A model generated the notes under the pieces. The model worked only from the letters and a program-made list of their open reading frames with translations. It made no database searches and was not told the origin of the DNA. Shown here in pieces: positions 1 through 7,592 of a stretch of 34,520 bases of DNA (its first letter is position 1; the number at the start of each line of letters is the position of its first letter). The DNA is from a virus (Duplodnaviria; Caudoviricetes): positions 1 to 34,520 of the IMG/VR virus record IMGVR_UViG_3300033407_000078; one strand, given 5' to 3'. A program made the position numbers and the translations under genes.

Positions 1-83
1 AGGTCGGCCACCTTGTAGCCGGCATCGCGCAGGCCATCGCGTACCTTGGCGTGGTTCCCGTCGCGCCGGCCGTGGCGGCGCAT
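1..83 (-). CDS. N-terminus (partial, runs off the window) of a VRR-NUC-like / PD-(D/E)xK phage nuclease
   Basis: Hand translation from ATG at 83: MRRHGRRDGNHAKVRDGLRDAGYKVADL, resembling the 'MRR.A..D.NH..I...LR..G..V.DL' start of small phage VRR-NUC-like nucleases. SD-like GAGGTG lies 9 nt upstream. Not in the ORF track. Confidence 0.65.
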   Translation of the reverse strand, partial: MRRHGRRDGNHAKVRDGLRDAGYKVAD

Positions 84-98
84 GCTAAAATCCACCTC
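83..98 (+). promoter_or_regulatory. Extended -10 promoter candidate (TGcTAAAAT) 7 nt upstream of GTG at 99, leaderless geometry
   Basis: TG at 83-84, TAAAAT at 86-91, GTG at 99. No recognisable -35. Confidence 0.4.
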
Positions 99-257
99 GT
101 GAGGCCGCACAGCTACCGCGAGCGAGACGAGAACCTGCGCTACGAGGAGGCTGCCGAAAGCGGCGAGTGGCGCGGCCTCGACTGGGAGGCGCTCCCCGAC
201 TGGCACCCCGGCGGCCCGGAACGCGACCAAGGACCGAACCTACCGCCCGCGCCGTGA
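99..257 (+). CDS. 52-aa acidic hypothetical protein, convergent with the lysis cassette
   Basis: MRPHSYRERDENLRYEEAAESGEWRGLDWEALPDWHPGGPERDQGPNLPPAP. Strongly GC3-biased codons. Same frame as track ORF 51..257, start moved to GTG 99. Confidence 0.5.
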   Translation: MRPHSYRERDENLRYEEAAESGEWRGLDWEALPDWHPGGPERDQGPNLPPAP

Positions 258-260
258 GGG

Positions 261-374
261 TCACGCGGCCCGCCCGTAGAATTTGGCGATGGCCGCCCGA
301 ATCTGCGCGCGGGTGTAGCGGGGCCGGTTGGCGAACCGGGAGGTGATGATCTTTTTGGCGATGCGCTTGGTCAC
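261..374 (-). CDS. 37-aa cationic amphipathic peptide, last gene of the lysis cassette
   Basis: MTKRIAKKIITSRFANRPRYTRAQIRAAIAKFYGRAA. GTG start overlaps the upstream TGA (GTGA). 33 of 36 codons after the start end in G/C. 11 K/R and no D/E. Not in the ORF track. Confidence 0.65.
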   Translation of the reverse strand: MTKRIAKKIITSRFANRPRYTRAQIRAAIAKFYGRAA

Positions 375-892
375 CAGGCCACCCCGATCGCCACGCCCCC
401 CGCCCGCGCCGAGGGCAGGGCCCACGCCCCCACGGTGACCGGTCCAATCGCCCGCACGCTGGCGCTGACCCCCCAGTGGGCGTGATACGACAGGTCGAGC
501 CCCCCCATGACCTGGAGGTGGACCCGCGGGGTCAGGTCGACCCGCTTCGCCTCGAGCTCCACCGTGCGTTCAGCGCGGCCCTCTGACGACTGGGATGCGT
601 ACTCGCTCCTGGCCTCGGCCGAGCTGGTGACCGTCCCCCGCTCCTCGACGCGCTCCACCGTGGTTTTGCCCGGGAGGTAGACGGTCCTGGTCACGGTCCG
701 GACGGCCTCTCGGGTGACGCTGGTGGCGACGCTCTGGCCGTGATTTGACTCCAGGAAACTCCATGCGCGTGTCTCTCGCTCCTTCTGTTGGACGTGGACG
801 ACCTTGGGCGGGGGGACGGGCCGGGACAGCCAGCCGGCGGCGAACAGGGCCACCGCGGCCACGGCGTAGGCCAGGATGCGCTTGCGGGTCAC
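371..892 (-). CDS. Spanin-position membrane protein (N-terminal TM/signal, C-terminal amphipathic beta-strands ending in Trp)
   Basis: Start reassigned to GTG 892 (AGGAGG 7 nt upstream, GTGA overlap with the endolysin stop). MTRKRILAYAVAAVALFAAGWL is hydrophobic; C-terminus is ...GGVAIGVAW. Directly follows the endolysin. Confidence 0.65.
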   Translation of the reverse strand: MTRKRILAYAVAAVALFAAGWLSRPVPPPKVVHVQQKERETRAWSFLESNHGQSVATSVTREAVRTVTRTVYLPGKTTVERVEERGTVTSSAEARSEYASQSSEGRAERTVELEAKRVDLTPRVHLQVMGGLDLSYHAHWGVSASVRAIGPVTVGAWALPSARAGGVAIGVAW

Positions 893-1395
893 GTGACGGC
901 CTCCTGCTTTCGCGGGCGGAAAGCCCCCGTCCAGTAGCTCGGGCCCCGTTTCCGCTCCATCACGCGCCCCCCGTTGCGGTCGTTTTTCTTCGAGGTATTT
1001 CCCTCGATCGACCACACGTCGCCGACCGCGCGCGACCGAGTGGCGAACCCGCAGTGGCTGCGGCTCTTGCCCCCGATGAACTTGACCCGCACTAGGACGT
1101 CACCGGGCCTGATCTCGCCGAGGGGCACCACCATGCCCATCGACTGCGCCCATCGCCACAGGGCGGCCACGGCTGCGGTCACCAAGAAGCGATAGCCCGC
1201 GCGGTGAAGACAAAAGACAACGAACGCCGCGCACCAAGGGACGTCCGCCTGGGGGTCGTGCCCCGCGAATTTGATGTACTCATCGACCTGCGGTCCCCGG
1301 TTGCTCCCGCCCTGCTCGTGTACCCCGAGCTGCGTCCACGCCACGTCGATGGGGCGGCTGTGCTCGTTAATGCCGCCGGGGGCGTACTCAACCAA
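889..1395 (-). CDS. Endolysin, CHAP (Cys/His amidohydrolase-peptidase) domain
   Basis: Motifs QLGVHE.G.SNRGPQV..Y, PWCAAFV, SHCGF and SIEGNT are typical of CHAP-family lysins. TTG start. Confidence 0.85.
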   Translation of the reverse strand: MVEYAPGGINEHSRPIDVAWTQLGVHEQGGSNRGPQVDEYIKFAGHDPQADVPWCAAFVVFCLHRAGYRFLVTAAVAALWRWAQSMGMVVPLGEIRPGDVLVRVKFIGGKSRSHCGFATRSRAVGDVWSIEGNTSKKNDRNGGRVMERKRGPSYWTGAFRPRKQEAVT

Positions 1396-1486
1396 TTGCC
1401 ACCCCCACTAGGACCGCGAGCAGCAGCCCCAGCATCACCAGCGACCAGCCGATGAGCGCGACTGGGAAGCGCGAGCGCAAGGTCAC
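1388..1486 (-). CDS. 32-aa single-TM peptide between holin and endolysin
   Basis: MTLRSRFPVALIGWSLVMLGLLLAVLVGVAIG. GTGA overlap with the holin stop, GAGG 6 nt upstream, and its stop overlaps the endolysin start. Not in the ORF track. Confidence 0.6.
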   Translation of the reverse strand: MTLRSRFPVALIGWSLVMLGLLLAVLVGVAIG

Positions 1487-1800
1487 TCCTTACCTCGGCC
1501 CCATTTGCTGTTTGCCAGTACCTGCGCGATTCCCTTGATCACCGTCCACGGCCCGAGTAGGCACGCTGCGAGCGTCGCGATATACACGACGCTCGTCGTG
1601 GCCGGGATCTTTGCCAGCGCCTCGAGTTGGCCCCGGGCTAGTTGGATGATCCCAAATGCGCCTGCGCTCGTGGCTATCGCGCCCGTCAACACTCGCGACC
1701 ACGCTTCCAAGCGCGAAGACACAGCAGGCTGCGATGAAGAGTGCCGTCTGGAGACCCCATCGCCTGACTGCTCCGGTTCGGATGTCGATTGCTTGCTCAT
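1483..1800 (-). CDS. Putative holin (two hydrophobic segments, basic C-terminus)
   Basis: Segments VLTGAIATSAGAFGIIQLA and VVYIATLAACLLGPWTVIKGIAQVL. SD GAGGT. Located upstream of the endolysin. Confidence 0.55.
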   Translation of the reverse strand: MSKQSTSEPEQSGDGVSRRHSSSQPAVSSRLEAWSRVLTGAIATSAGAFGIIQLARGQLEALAKIPATTSVVYIATLAACLLGPWTVIKGIAQVLANSKWGRGKE

Positions 1801-1843
1801 CCATGCTTACCTCTTTCGTTCCTCGCCGACGCCGGCCTCCCAT

Positions 1844-2218
1844 TTACGTGACGCGCGCTCCGAAAGTCTGATCGCGCTTCAACGCTGCCCTTTGCACGCC
1901 GGGCTCCGGGCCGCCCACCTCGATGGTGAAATCGCAATGCGGACACTGAGTGACGCGCCCGTAGTTCCACGCCGGCCTAGAGCAGGCCTCGCACGGCGTG
2001 AGGATCGGGCGGTCGCAGCCGGCACACAAGGTCTCTAGGCCCGGCAGCTTCCCCACCTTCATGGACGGCTCGCGCAGCGGCGTGAAAGTGCGCTTCACCG
2101 GCTTGTGCCTGCGACCGACGAGCTGAAGGATCGTCTCCGTCACGGTCTTCGGCTTGCAGTCGCAGATTTCGTGTTTCTGGACGGCGCCGGCGCGGTCTTT
2201 GTAGTTGATGGTCTTCAT
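1844..2218 (-). CDS. Cys-rich zinc-ribbon hypothetical protein (124 aa)
   Basis: Start reassigned to ATG 2218 (AGGAGG SD). Contains CDC, CAGC, CEAC and CPHC. Confidence 0.7.
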   Translation of the reverse strand: MKTINYKDRAGAVQKHEICDCKPKTVTETILQLVGRRHKPVKRTFTPLREPSMKVGKLPGLETLCAGCDRPILTPCEACSRPAWNYGRVTQCPHCDFTIEVGGPEPGVQRAALKRDQTFGARVT

Positions 2219-2228
2219 TGCTTTCCTC

Positions 2229-4676
2229 CTAGGTTTCGAACATCCACCCGTCGGTGTTGTTGATCTTGTAGGCGCGCCACACTTTCGGAGTGGATGCGGT
2301 CTGAAAGAAAACCTGCGTCGTGTTAGACCCGTTGATCTTGTCGGTCCCGTTAGGCGCAAGACTGACGTTGGTCGGGCTTCCGTCAAAAGTGAAATCCAGC
2401 ACCGTGATCGGTAGATCGTCTGGCCAAGTCGTCAGGGCCGGCAGGGTCAGCGTCGCAGCAGCAGTGAGCGCCGCCGTAAACTTGATGACAGGCGACGTCG
2501 GGACGATGGTGTGTGCAGTCTCGTCCCCTAGCTCGAAACTGCCGAGGTTCGCCGGATAGAGCCGCTGCCAGGTGCCGTAATCTGCACTCCCGGTGTCACC
2601 ATCGACAAGGCAACGAAGGGCGAAGGGGTCGCCTGCAACCGGCGCAGAGGGAAACAATTCATCACCGCGTAACCAGTCTTTCCCGCTGGCGGGCGCTCCC
2701 GTCGGTGCAGCAGGCGAGGCGGCTAACATTCTCCTCCGCACGGTCCCCGGATAAGCACCGCTGCCCAGCAAAAGGCCGAGTGGGAAACCCCACATGCCTG
2801 CGTTGTACACGGAGTGGTCAGTGGGAGTGATGACCTGACCGGTGTTGGAATCTTGCTCGCCTGCGCGGCACTGGAGCAAGTTGTTCGCCATGTCGATCAT
2901 CCAGAATTCAAACCGCGCGCGATCGCTGAACCCGTCGCCGCCGTTGCCCTTCGTCGTGGCACGCAGACCAAGAGTCGTGGCCTTTGTTGGCCCGTTGATG
3001 CCCGGGACGCCCCCGAGTGTGACCTCTAAACCAGCGTCAAGCGCCGTGTCGACTGTGACCTTTATAGGGTTGTCGGCGTTAGCGATGAAACGGGGATTGC
3101 TGACCTCGCTTTCCCCAATGCACGCAAATACGGCATCGCCCGATAGGTAGCCCTGCTCCGGGTGCTCGCCGACTAGGCGCCAGTTTTCGCCCGGCTCGGG
3201 AGTCGGCTCGACGGTCCCAAACGTGACGGCAGTGCCGCGGACATTGTTGTACGACCCGTCGCCGTTGTCCTTAAGCGTGATCTGAAAATCCCACCCCGGG
3301 AAGTTGGGGAAACGCACAATCGCCCCGACCTTGGATGCTCCCTCGCTTGACCAAGTGATCGGCGCCTTACTGTTGTAGTGCCCAGTCATCTTGAGGGTAC
3401 CGTTACCGTCTTCGTCTACCTGCTGCCCCCATGTCCCTCCCATGATGGAGCAGGCGGGGCCCATCTTGGAGACGCCCGAGTTTTCGACGTAGAAACCTAC
3501 CCAAATGCCGTTCGTGGCCTTTATTCCCACGCCGTAGCTGGTATGAGCGGCGCACGCGACAAACGTGTTGTCAGCATAGGCGTCGACCATCCAACCGTTT
3601 CCGGACGCAGACTCGACGTTGACGTTCTCAAAATAGCAGATATTCGCGTCCTGCCCCCACACCGAAACGCCAATGTGATTGCCTTCGCAACGCATGCGGC
3701 GGAAAGTGCCGGCGCTGGCGTCTGACCCGGGGACGCGAGCGTTTACGTAAAGCCCAACGCCGGGGAAACCTCCGACGTCTACGTTTTCAACGTACCCGAT
3801 CGTGGAATATTTCAGACCCCAAACCTCAATCCAACGGAATAGCACCCCACCGTTGGTAAAATCCTCGGGCTCCATCGTTCCGACGTTGTCCGCGCCGTCC
3901 CAATCACCACTCCCCGTCGATCCATTGAGGGTCACTCGCTTGGTGTCGACGACTGAAATCACCCACGTGCCATTAGCGGCCGTGTTGCCTCCGACGCCGC
4001 GGACGACCCGGGTCTCTCCACCTGAGAGATTGTGAGGCTCCCAAAACGTCAGCTCGATCGGTCCGACACCGTTGCCCGTAACGCTCTGTATCCGGTGAAT
4101 AAGTGGGTAGTCGTCGGGCGCGATTGGACATGTGGAACCGACGGTGCCAGTGCCAGCATCAACGACACGCATGCAATAGCCGTGTTTTTTCGCTAGGAGC
4201 GGCGTGCGAATATCGTCGACTTGTAGGCCCGTCTCGTTTCGCTGAAACTGTTCATGGAATCCGCCCGCAGTCAGCGACGGCAGATTTGCGCTGACCACGG
4301 CCAGATCGCGAAATTGCGCCAACCAAGACGTAAACGTCGTGGCGTCGCCGGTAAACTCGGGGCCGCAGACGAACGGGTCGACGACAAGGATTGTCCCGCC
4401 CGAGCGTCCGCTTTGCCCAGGAGACGCTTCACCGATGTAGCCACCGCAAAGGCGCGGTCGCCAGAGGCGCGGGACGCGCCACTTCCCGGCGGGTATGTAG
4501 ATCTTCCGCCCCTTGGAGCGCTCGAATACGTTTCCAGCTGGATTGCCTATTCGCGCGTCGGCCTCAGCGGCCGCAATAGCAGCAAGAAATGTATCGCTTC
4601 CACCACCCGAGCCATTGGAGTCGGCTACGGCACCGTAGTCGCGGATGTCGATGATTTGTTGACCTTCGAAGCTCAC
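2229..4676 (-). CDS. Tailspike / receptor-binding protein with pectate-lyase-like beta-helix
   Basis: N-terminal IDIRDYGAVAD..D...A..AAI and KIYIPAGKW motifs of pectate-lyase-3-type spikes, beta-helix-like central repeats, and a C-terminal LTLP...ITVLD...PNGTDKING module. Lower GC than the core genes. Confidence 0.8.
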   Translation of the reverse strand: MSFEGQQIIDIRDYGAVADSNGSGGGSDTFLAAIAAAEADARIGNPAGNVFERSKGRKIYIPAGKWRVPRLWRPRLCGGYIGEASPGQSGRSGGTILVVDPFVCGPEFTGDATTFTSWLAQFRDLAVVSANLPSLTAGGFHEQFQRNETGLQVDDIRTPLLAKKHGYCMRVVDAGTGTVGSTCPIAPDDYPLIHRIQSVTGNGVGPIELTFWEPHNLSGGETRVVRGVGGNTAANGTWVISVVDTKRVTLNGSTGSGDWDGADNVGTMEPEDFTNGGVLFRWIEVWGLKYSTIGYVENVDVGGFPGVGLYVNARVPGSDASAGTFRRMRCEGNHIGVSVWGQDANICYFENVNVESASGNGWMVDAYADNTFVACAAHTSYGVGIKATNGIWVGFYVENSGVSKMGPACSIMGGTWGQQVDEDGNGTLKMTGHYNSKAPITWSSEGASKVGAIVRFPNFPGWDFQITLKDNGDGSYNNVRGTAVTFGTVEPTPEPGENWRLVGEHPEQGYLSGDAVFACIGESEVSNPRFIANADNPIKVTVDTALDAGLEVTLGGVPGINGPTKATTLGLRATTKGNGGDGFSDRARFEFWMIDMANNLLQCRAGEQDSNTGQVITPTDHSVYNAGMWGFPLGLLLGSGAYPGTVRRRMLAASPAAPTGAPASGKDWLRGDELFPSAPVAGDPFALRCLVDGDTGSADYGTWQRLYPANLGSFELGDETAHTIVPTSPVIKFTAALTAAATLTLPALTTWPDDLPITVLDFTFDGSPTNVSLAPNGTDKINGSNTTQVFFQTASTPKVWRAYKINNTDGWMFET

Positions 4677-5458
4677 TAGACCCGTTGCCAGTCGTCAGAC
4701 CCGAGAGAGAGAAAGTCGGCTACTCCAAAATTTGCGGTGACCGTCGCGGTTCCGTTGATTGTCCCCGCAGCAGTTGCGGTGAGCGTGTGCGTTCCTGCCG
4801 TCCCGTCGCCGTCGATCATCGTCACGCGATGACCAACGGGAGCACTCGAGGGCAGCGCCATTGAATGGCCTGCCAAGTTGCCTGTCCATCTCACCCATCT
4901 GTCGGTCAGAGCGCATGCGTGATCGTCGTCGGCGACCTCGACCTTGTTGCCGAAATTGTGGTGATGATTTTGGTCGGTGATCACCACGCCAGTCCCGCTC
5001 CGCGAGGGCATGATGAACCCCGTGGCCGGCGCGGTGGACGGGAACGTGGAGCCGTTGCGGACGGCGACTCCGCCCTGCATTCCGCCGACGCCCATGTTCC
5101 CAACTTGAAGATTAGGAAACACGGTGTCGCCCGTCAGCGTAACGTTGCCGGATCCACCCGAAACCAATAACTCGATCACGTTCGTCGCTAACTTCACATA
5201 CGAGGAGCCCCATCGCAGCCACGCGCCCGTGGCGTCGTCCAGCTCTAGCTTCGGGTTGGTGCCGCCGGACAACACCTTGGCCGCCGCAGACGCGACGCTG
5301 AAGCCGATCGACACTACGGTGGCGCCGATGCGTGCGAGTAGACCGCCCGCGGCTGTGGCGTCCACATCCAATGTCGTGCCGTCGCTGTCGAGTTGCGTGG
5401 CCGGGCCGGATGCGCCGGAGGTGCTCTCGGGATTCTGAATCGGATCCGCGGTTGCCAT
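4676..5458 (-). CDS. Tail fibre / spike-associated structural protein
   Basis: G/A/T-rich. C-terminal LPSSAPVGHRVTMID.DG.AGTH.LT...GTING module is common in phage fibre/baseplate proteins. Coupled to both neighbours. Confidence 0.65.
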   Translation of the reverse strand: MATADPIQNPESTSGASGPATQLDSDGTTLDVDATAAGGLLARIGATVVSIGFSVASAAAKVLSGGTNPKLELDDATGAWLRWGSSYVKLATNVIELLVSGGSGNVTLTGDTVFPNLQVGNMGVGGMQGGVAVRNGSTFPSTAPATGFIMPSRSGTGVVITDQNHHHNFGNKVEVADDDHACALTDRWVRWTGNLAGHSMALPSSAPVGHRVTMIDGDGTAGTHTLTATAAGTINGTATVTANFGVADFLSLGSDDWQRV

Positions 5459-5892
5459 TACGAAGTCCCGAAGTCGGTGGTGTCGTACACCACTAGGTTG
5501 GCGTAAATCGTCGTGATGGCGCCCGAGCTAGCCGTGACGATGATTCGGTTTTCGGCGTTCTGCGGCTTGAAGTCGAAGGGCTGCGGCGTCCCGTCGGTGA
5601 GCGTGATGGTGCCCACGCCCGCGCCGCCCTGGGCCTCCCAGTCGGTGGCTGCGTCCGCGAAGGCCGTGCGGATCTGCAGTTGCAACTCGGCGTCGTTGCC
5701 GACCACGCCGACCGTGCCCTTGATGGCGCTGGCGTTGTACTTGTGCCGCCACTCTCCGGGCACGAGATAGGGGCTGCCGCTGGCGACGCAGTCACCCCAC
5801 AGCATCTTCGCCGGCCCGCGGGTGGAATCCCACAGAATGGCGATCTCGTTGTTTCCCGGCGCTGCCGTCCACCGGAGTGACAATTTCCTCAT
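5458..5892 (-). CDS. Hypothetical virion protein (144 aa, beta-rich)
   Basis: ATGA and TAATG overlaps on both sides, coding-like composition, lies within the tail module. Confidence 0.7.
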   Translation of the reverse strand: MRKLSLRWTAAPGNNEIAILWDSTRGPAKMLWGDCVASGSPYLVPGEWRHKYNASAIKGTVGVVGNDAELQLQIRTAFADAATDWEAQGGAGVGTITLTDGTPQPFDFKPQNAENRIIVTASSGAITTIYANLVVYDTTDFGTS

Positions 5893-7592
5893 CGTTCCTG
5901 TTCCTCTCTTGGTCGGCCGAAAAGTCGCATGAGCCCGGGGGAGAGCACGGGGGCGGCGCGGGCCACGCCTTCCACGGCGGCGGCGGGCGCGCGTTCGCCA
6001 GCTCGAGCCGCCGACATCGCTCTGCGCCCCATGGCGCGCGAACTATTCACCAGTCCGCGAAAAAGCGCGTTCTCCGGGCTCCATGACGTCGCGAACTTGT
6101 CGACACCAAACCTGGTCGACTCCAGCGCTTCCTTGAGGCCCAGATCCCTTTGCGCGCCGGCCTTGGCGGCGATGATGTCGTCTAGGATTTTGCCCAGTCC
6201 CTCGGGGTCCGCCTGGCGCAGTTCCTCCAGGCGTGGAGCGATATTCACCCCCTCGCCCATGTCGTCGCCGGCCTGGCTCAGACGCCGTGCGATACCCATT
6301 TCGTCGGCGGGGCGCAGGGCCTGTCCGGTGGCGCCGTCGAGCAGCGGATCCGCCACGGAGCTCGCCCTACCGCCGCTCTCGCGACCGGTGGCGATGTCGA
6401 GCAGGCGCTCTCGCTTGCCCATGGCCTGCGTATAGGCGTCGTCTGCGGTCGCCAGTTCTGGGGCCACCCCGGGCTTGCGGACGGACGAGCGCAGGGCGTG
6501 GTAGGCGGTCTGCGATGCCTCTTGTCGCGGCGTAGGGCTGGCGGACGAAAAACCCGCGCTGTCGCCAATGCTTCGCCGAAGGGCGACCACGTCGTCGACA
6601 GTTGCCCCCTCGGGCAGCGACTCCATGACGGCCATCAGCGTCTTTGCCCGGCCCTGCGCGGCCGGCGTGCCCATCAGTTCGCCCGTGGAGGGAGACGTCT
6701 GCTTCATGATCTCGTTGAAGATTTCTTCGCGGATGTCCTGCGTGGCCACCGGGCGTTTGCCGGCGGCGGCCAGGGCCTTTCCGTGTGCCTCGCCCGCGGG
6801 ACGCGTGATCACCTCATCGATCCGGGGCCCCACCTTCGGCGCTGACGACATGGCCAGCTCGTTGACGCGCGAAGCGCCTTCGCGGCGGACCTGCTCGACG
6901 CCCTCGGTGCCCTTCTCGTGCTGACCGGCTTTGATGCGCGCCTTTTCCGCGGCGACGTACTCCGGGTTGTCGTCCAGGGTGCGCAGTGGCTTGGACTTGC
7001 GCAGGCCGCCGCGCAGGAGGCGGGATAGACCGCCGACGACTTCGCCGGCTGCCTGGGCCCCGCTACCGAGCAGGGAGCCGATGCCCCCCGACTGCATGGC
7101 CCGATCGCGAACGCCTTCAAGATCCTCGGGTGTCCACTCGTCGATCGTCTTGCTCGCCAGGTCGGTCACGGCGCTACCAACGGCTCCCTCAACGCCGCCC
7201 TGAACACCCGCGGCGCCGACCCTGGCCGCGCTCCCGGACAAGCCTTTACCCTGGAGCAGGCTAGCCAACCCCGGCGACCTTTGCGTGGCGGCGGAGCGCA
7301 GAGCGGTACCCGCGCGAAGACCGGCCACGCCGCCGACTGCGATCCCGGCGGCCCCCGACATGCGCTCGCTGAACTCCTGCGCGTCACGTCCCCAGGGCCA
7401 ATGCTTGTCGCCCGGCAGGAGAGGGGTTCGCCCGTCTGGACCCGGGAGTTCGCCCTGTGGCGGCAGCTTCGGGACGCCCGCCTTCTGCGGTGGGTCGGGC
7501 GCCTGGTAGCCCTCGCGCCACGGACCGGGCGCGGTCTCGCCTACTTCCCACTCGTCGGGGTCAAGCTCCCACTCGTCGGGGTTGAAGGCCAT
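5889..7592 (-). CDS. Putative ejection (DNA transfer/internal virion) protein 3
   Basis: Start reassigned to ATG 7592 (TAATG overlap). Acidic MAFNPDEWELDPDEWEV start, Gly/Ala-rich segments and helical character. Position matches the P22-type ejection genes. Confidence 0.6.
   Translation of the reverse strand: MAFNPDEWELDPDEWEVGETAPGPWREGYQAPDPPQKAGVPKLPPQGELPGPDGRTPLLPGDKHWPWGRDAQEFSERMSGAAGIAVGGVAGLRAGTALRSAATQRSPGLASLLQGKGLSGSAARVGAAGVQGGVEGAVGSAVTDLASKTIDEWTPEDLEGVRDRAMQSGGIGSLLGSGAQAAGEVVGGLSRLLRGGLRKSKPLRTLDDNPEYVAAEKARIKAGQHEKGTEGVEQVRREGASRVNELAMSSAPKVGPRIDEVITRPAGEAHGKALAAAGKRPVATQDIREEIFNEIMKQTSPSTGELMGTPAAQGRAKTLMAVMESLPEGATVDDVVALRRSIGDSAGFSSASPTPRQEASQTAYHALRSSVRKPGVAPELATADDAYTQAMGKRERLLDIATGRESGGRASSVADPLLDGATGQALRPADEMGIARRLSQAGDDMGEGVNIAPRLEELRQADPEGLGKILDDIIAAKAGAQRDLGLKEALESTRFGVDKFATSWSPENALFRGLVNSSRAMGRRAMSAARAGERAPAAAVEGVARAAPVLSPGLMRLFGRPREEQER

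Noticed and set aside
85-264. Minus-strand GTG ORF that would link the cationic peptide to the nuclease
   Set aside because: Its R/G/A/P/S-rich translation looks like a shadow, and the plus-strand frame has much better codon bias. Not fully excluded.
371-892. Embedded o-spanin (Rz1-like) lipoprotein in an alternate frame
   Set aside because: No alternate-frame ORF with a hydrophobic signal and lipobox Cys was found (570..764 is polar).
7545-7585. Short tandem DNA repeat CCCACTCGTCGGGG x2
   Set aside because: It simply encodes the duplicated PDEWE peptide at the start of an ejection protein. Not CRISPR-like.
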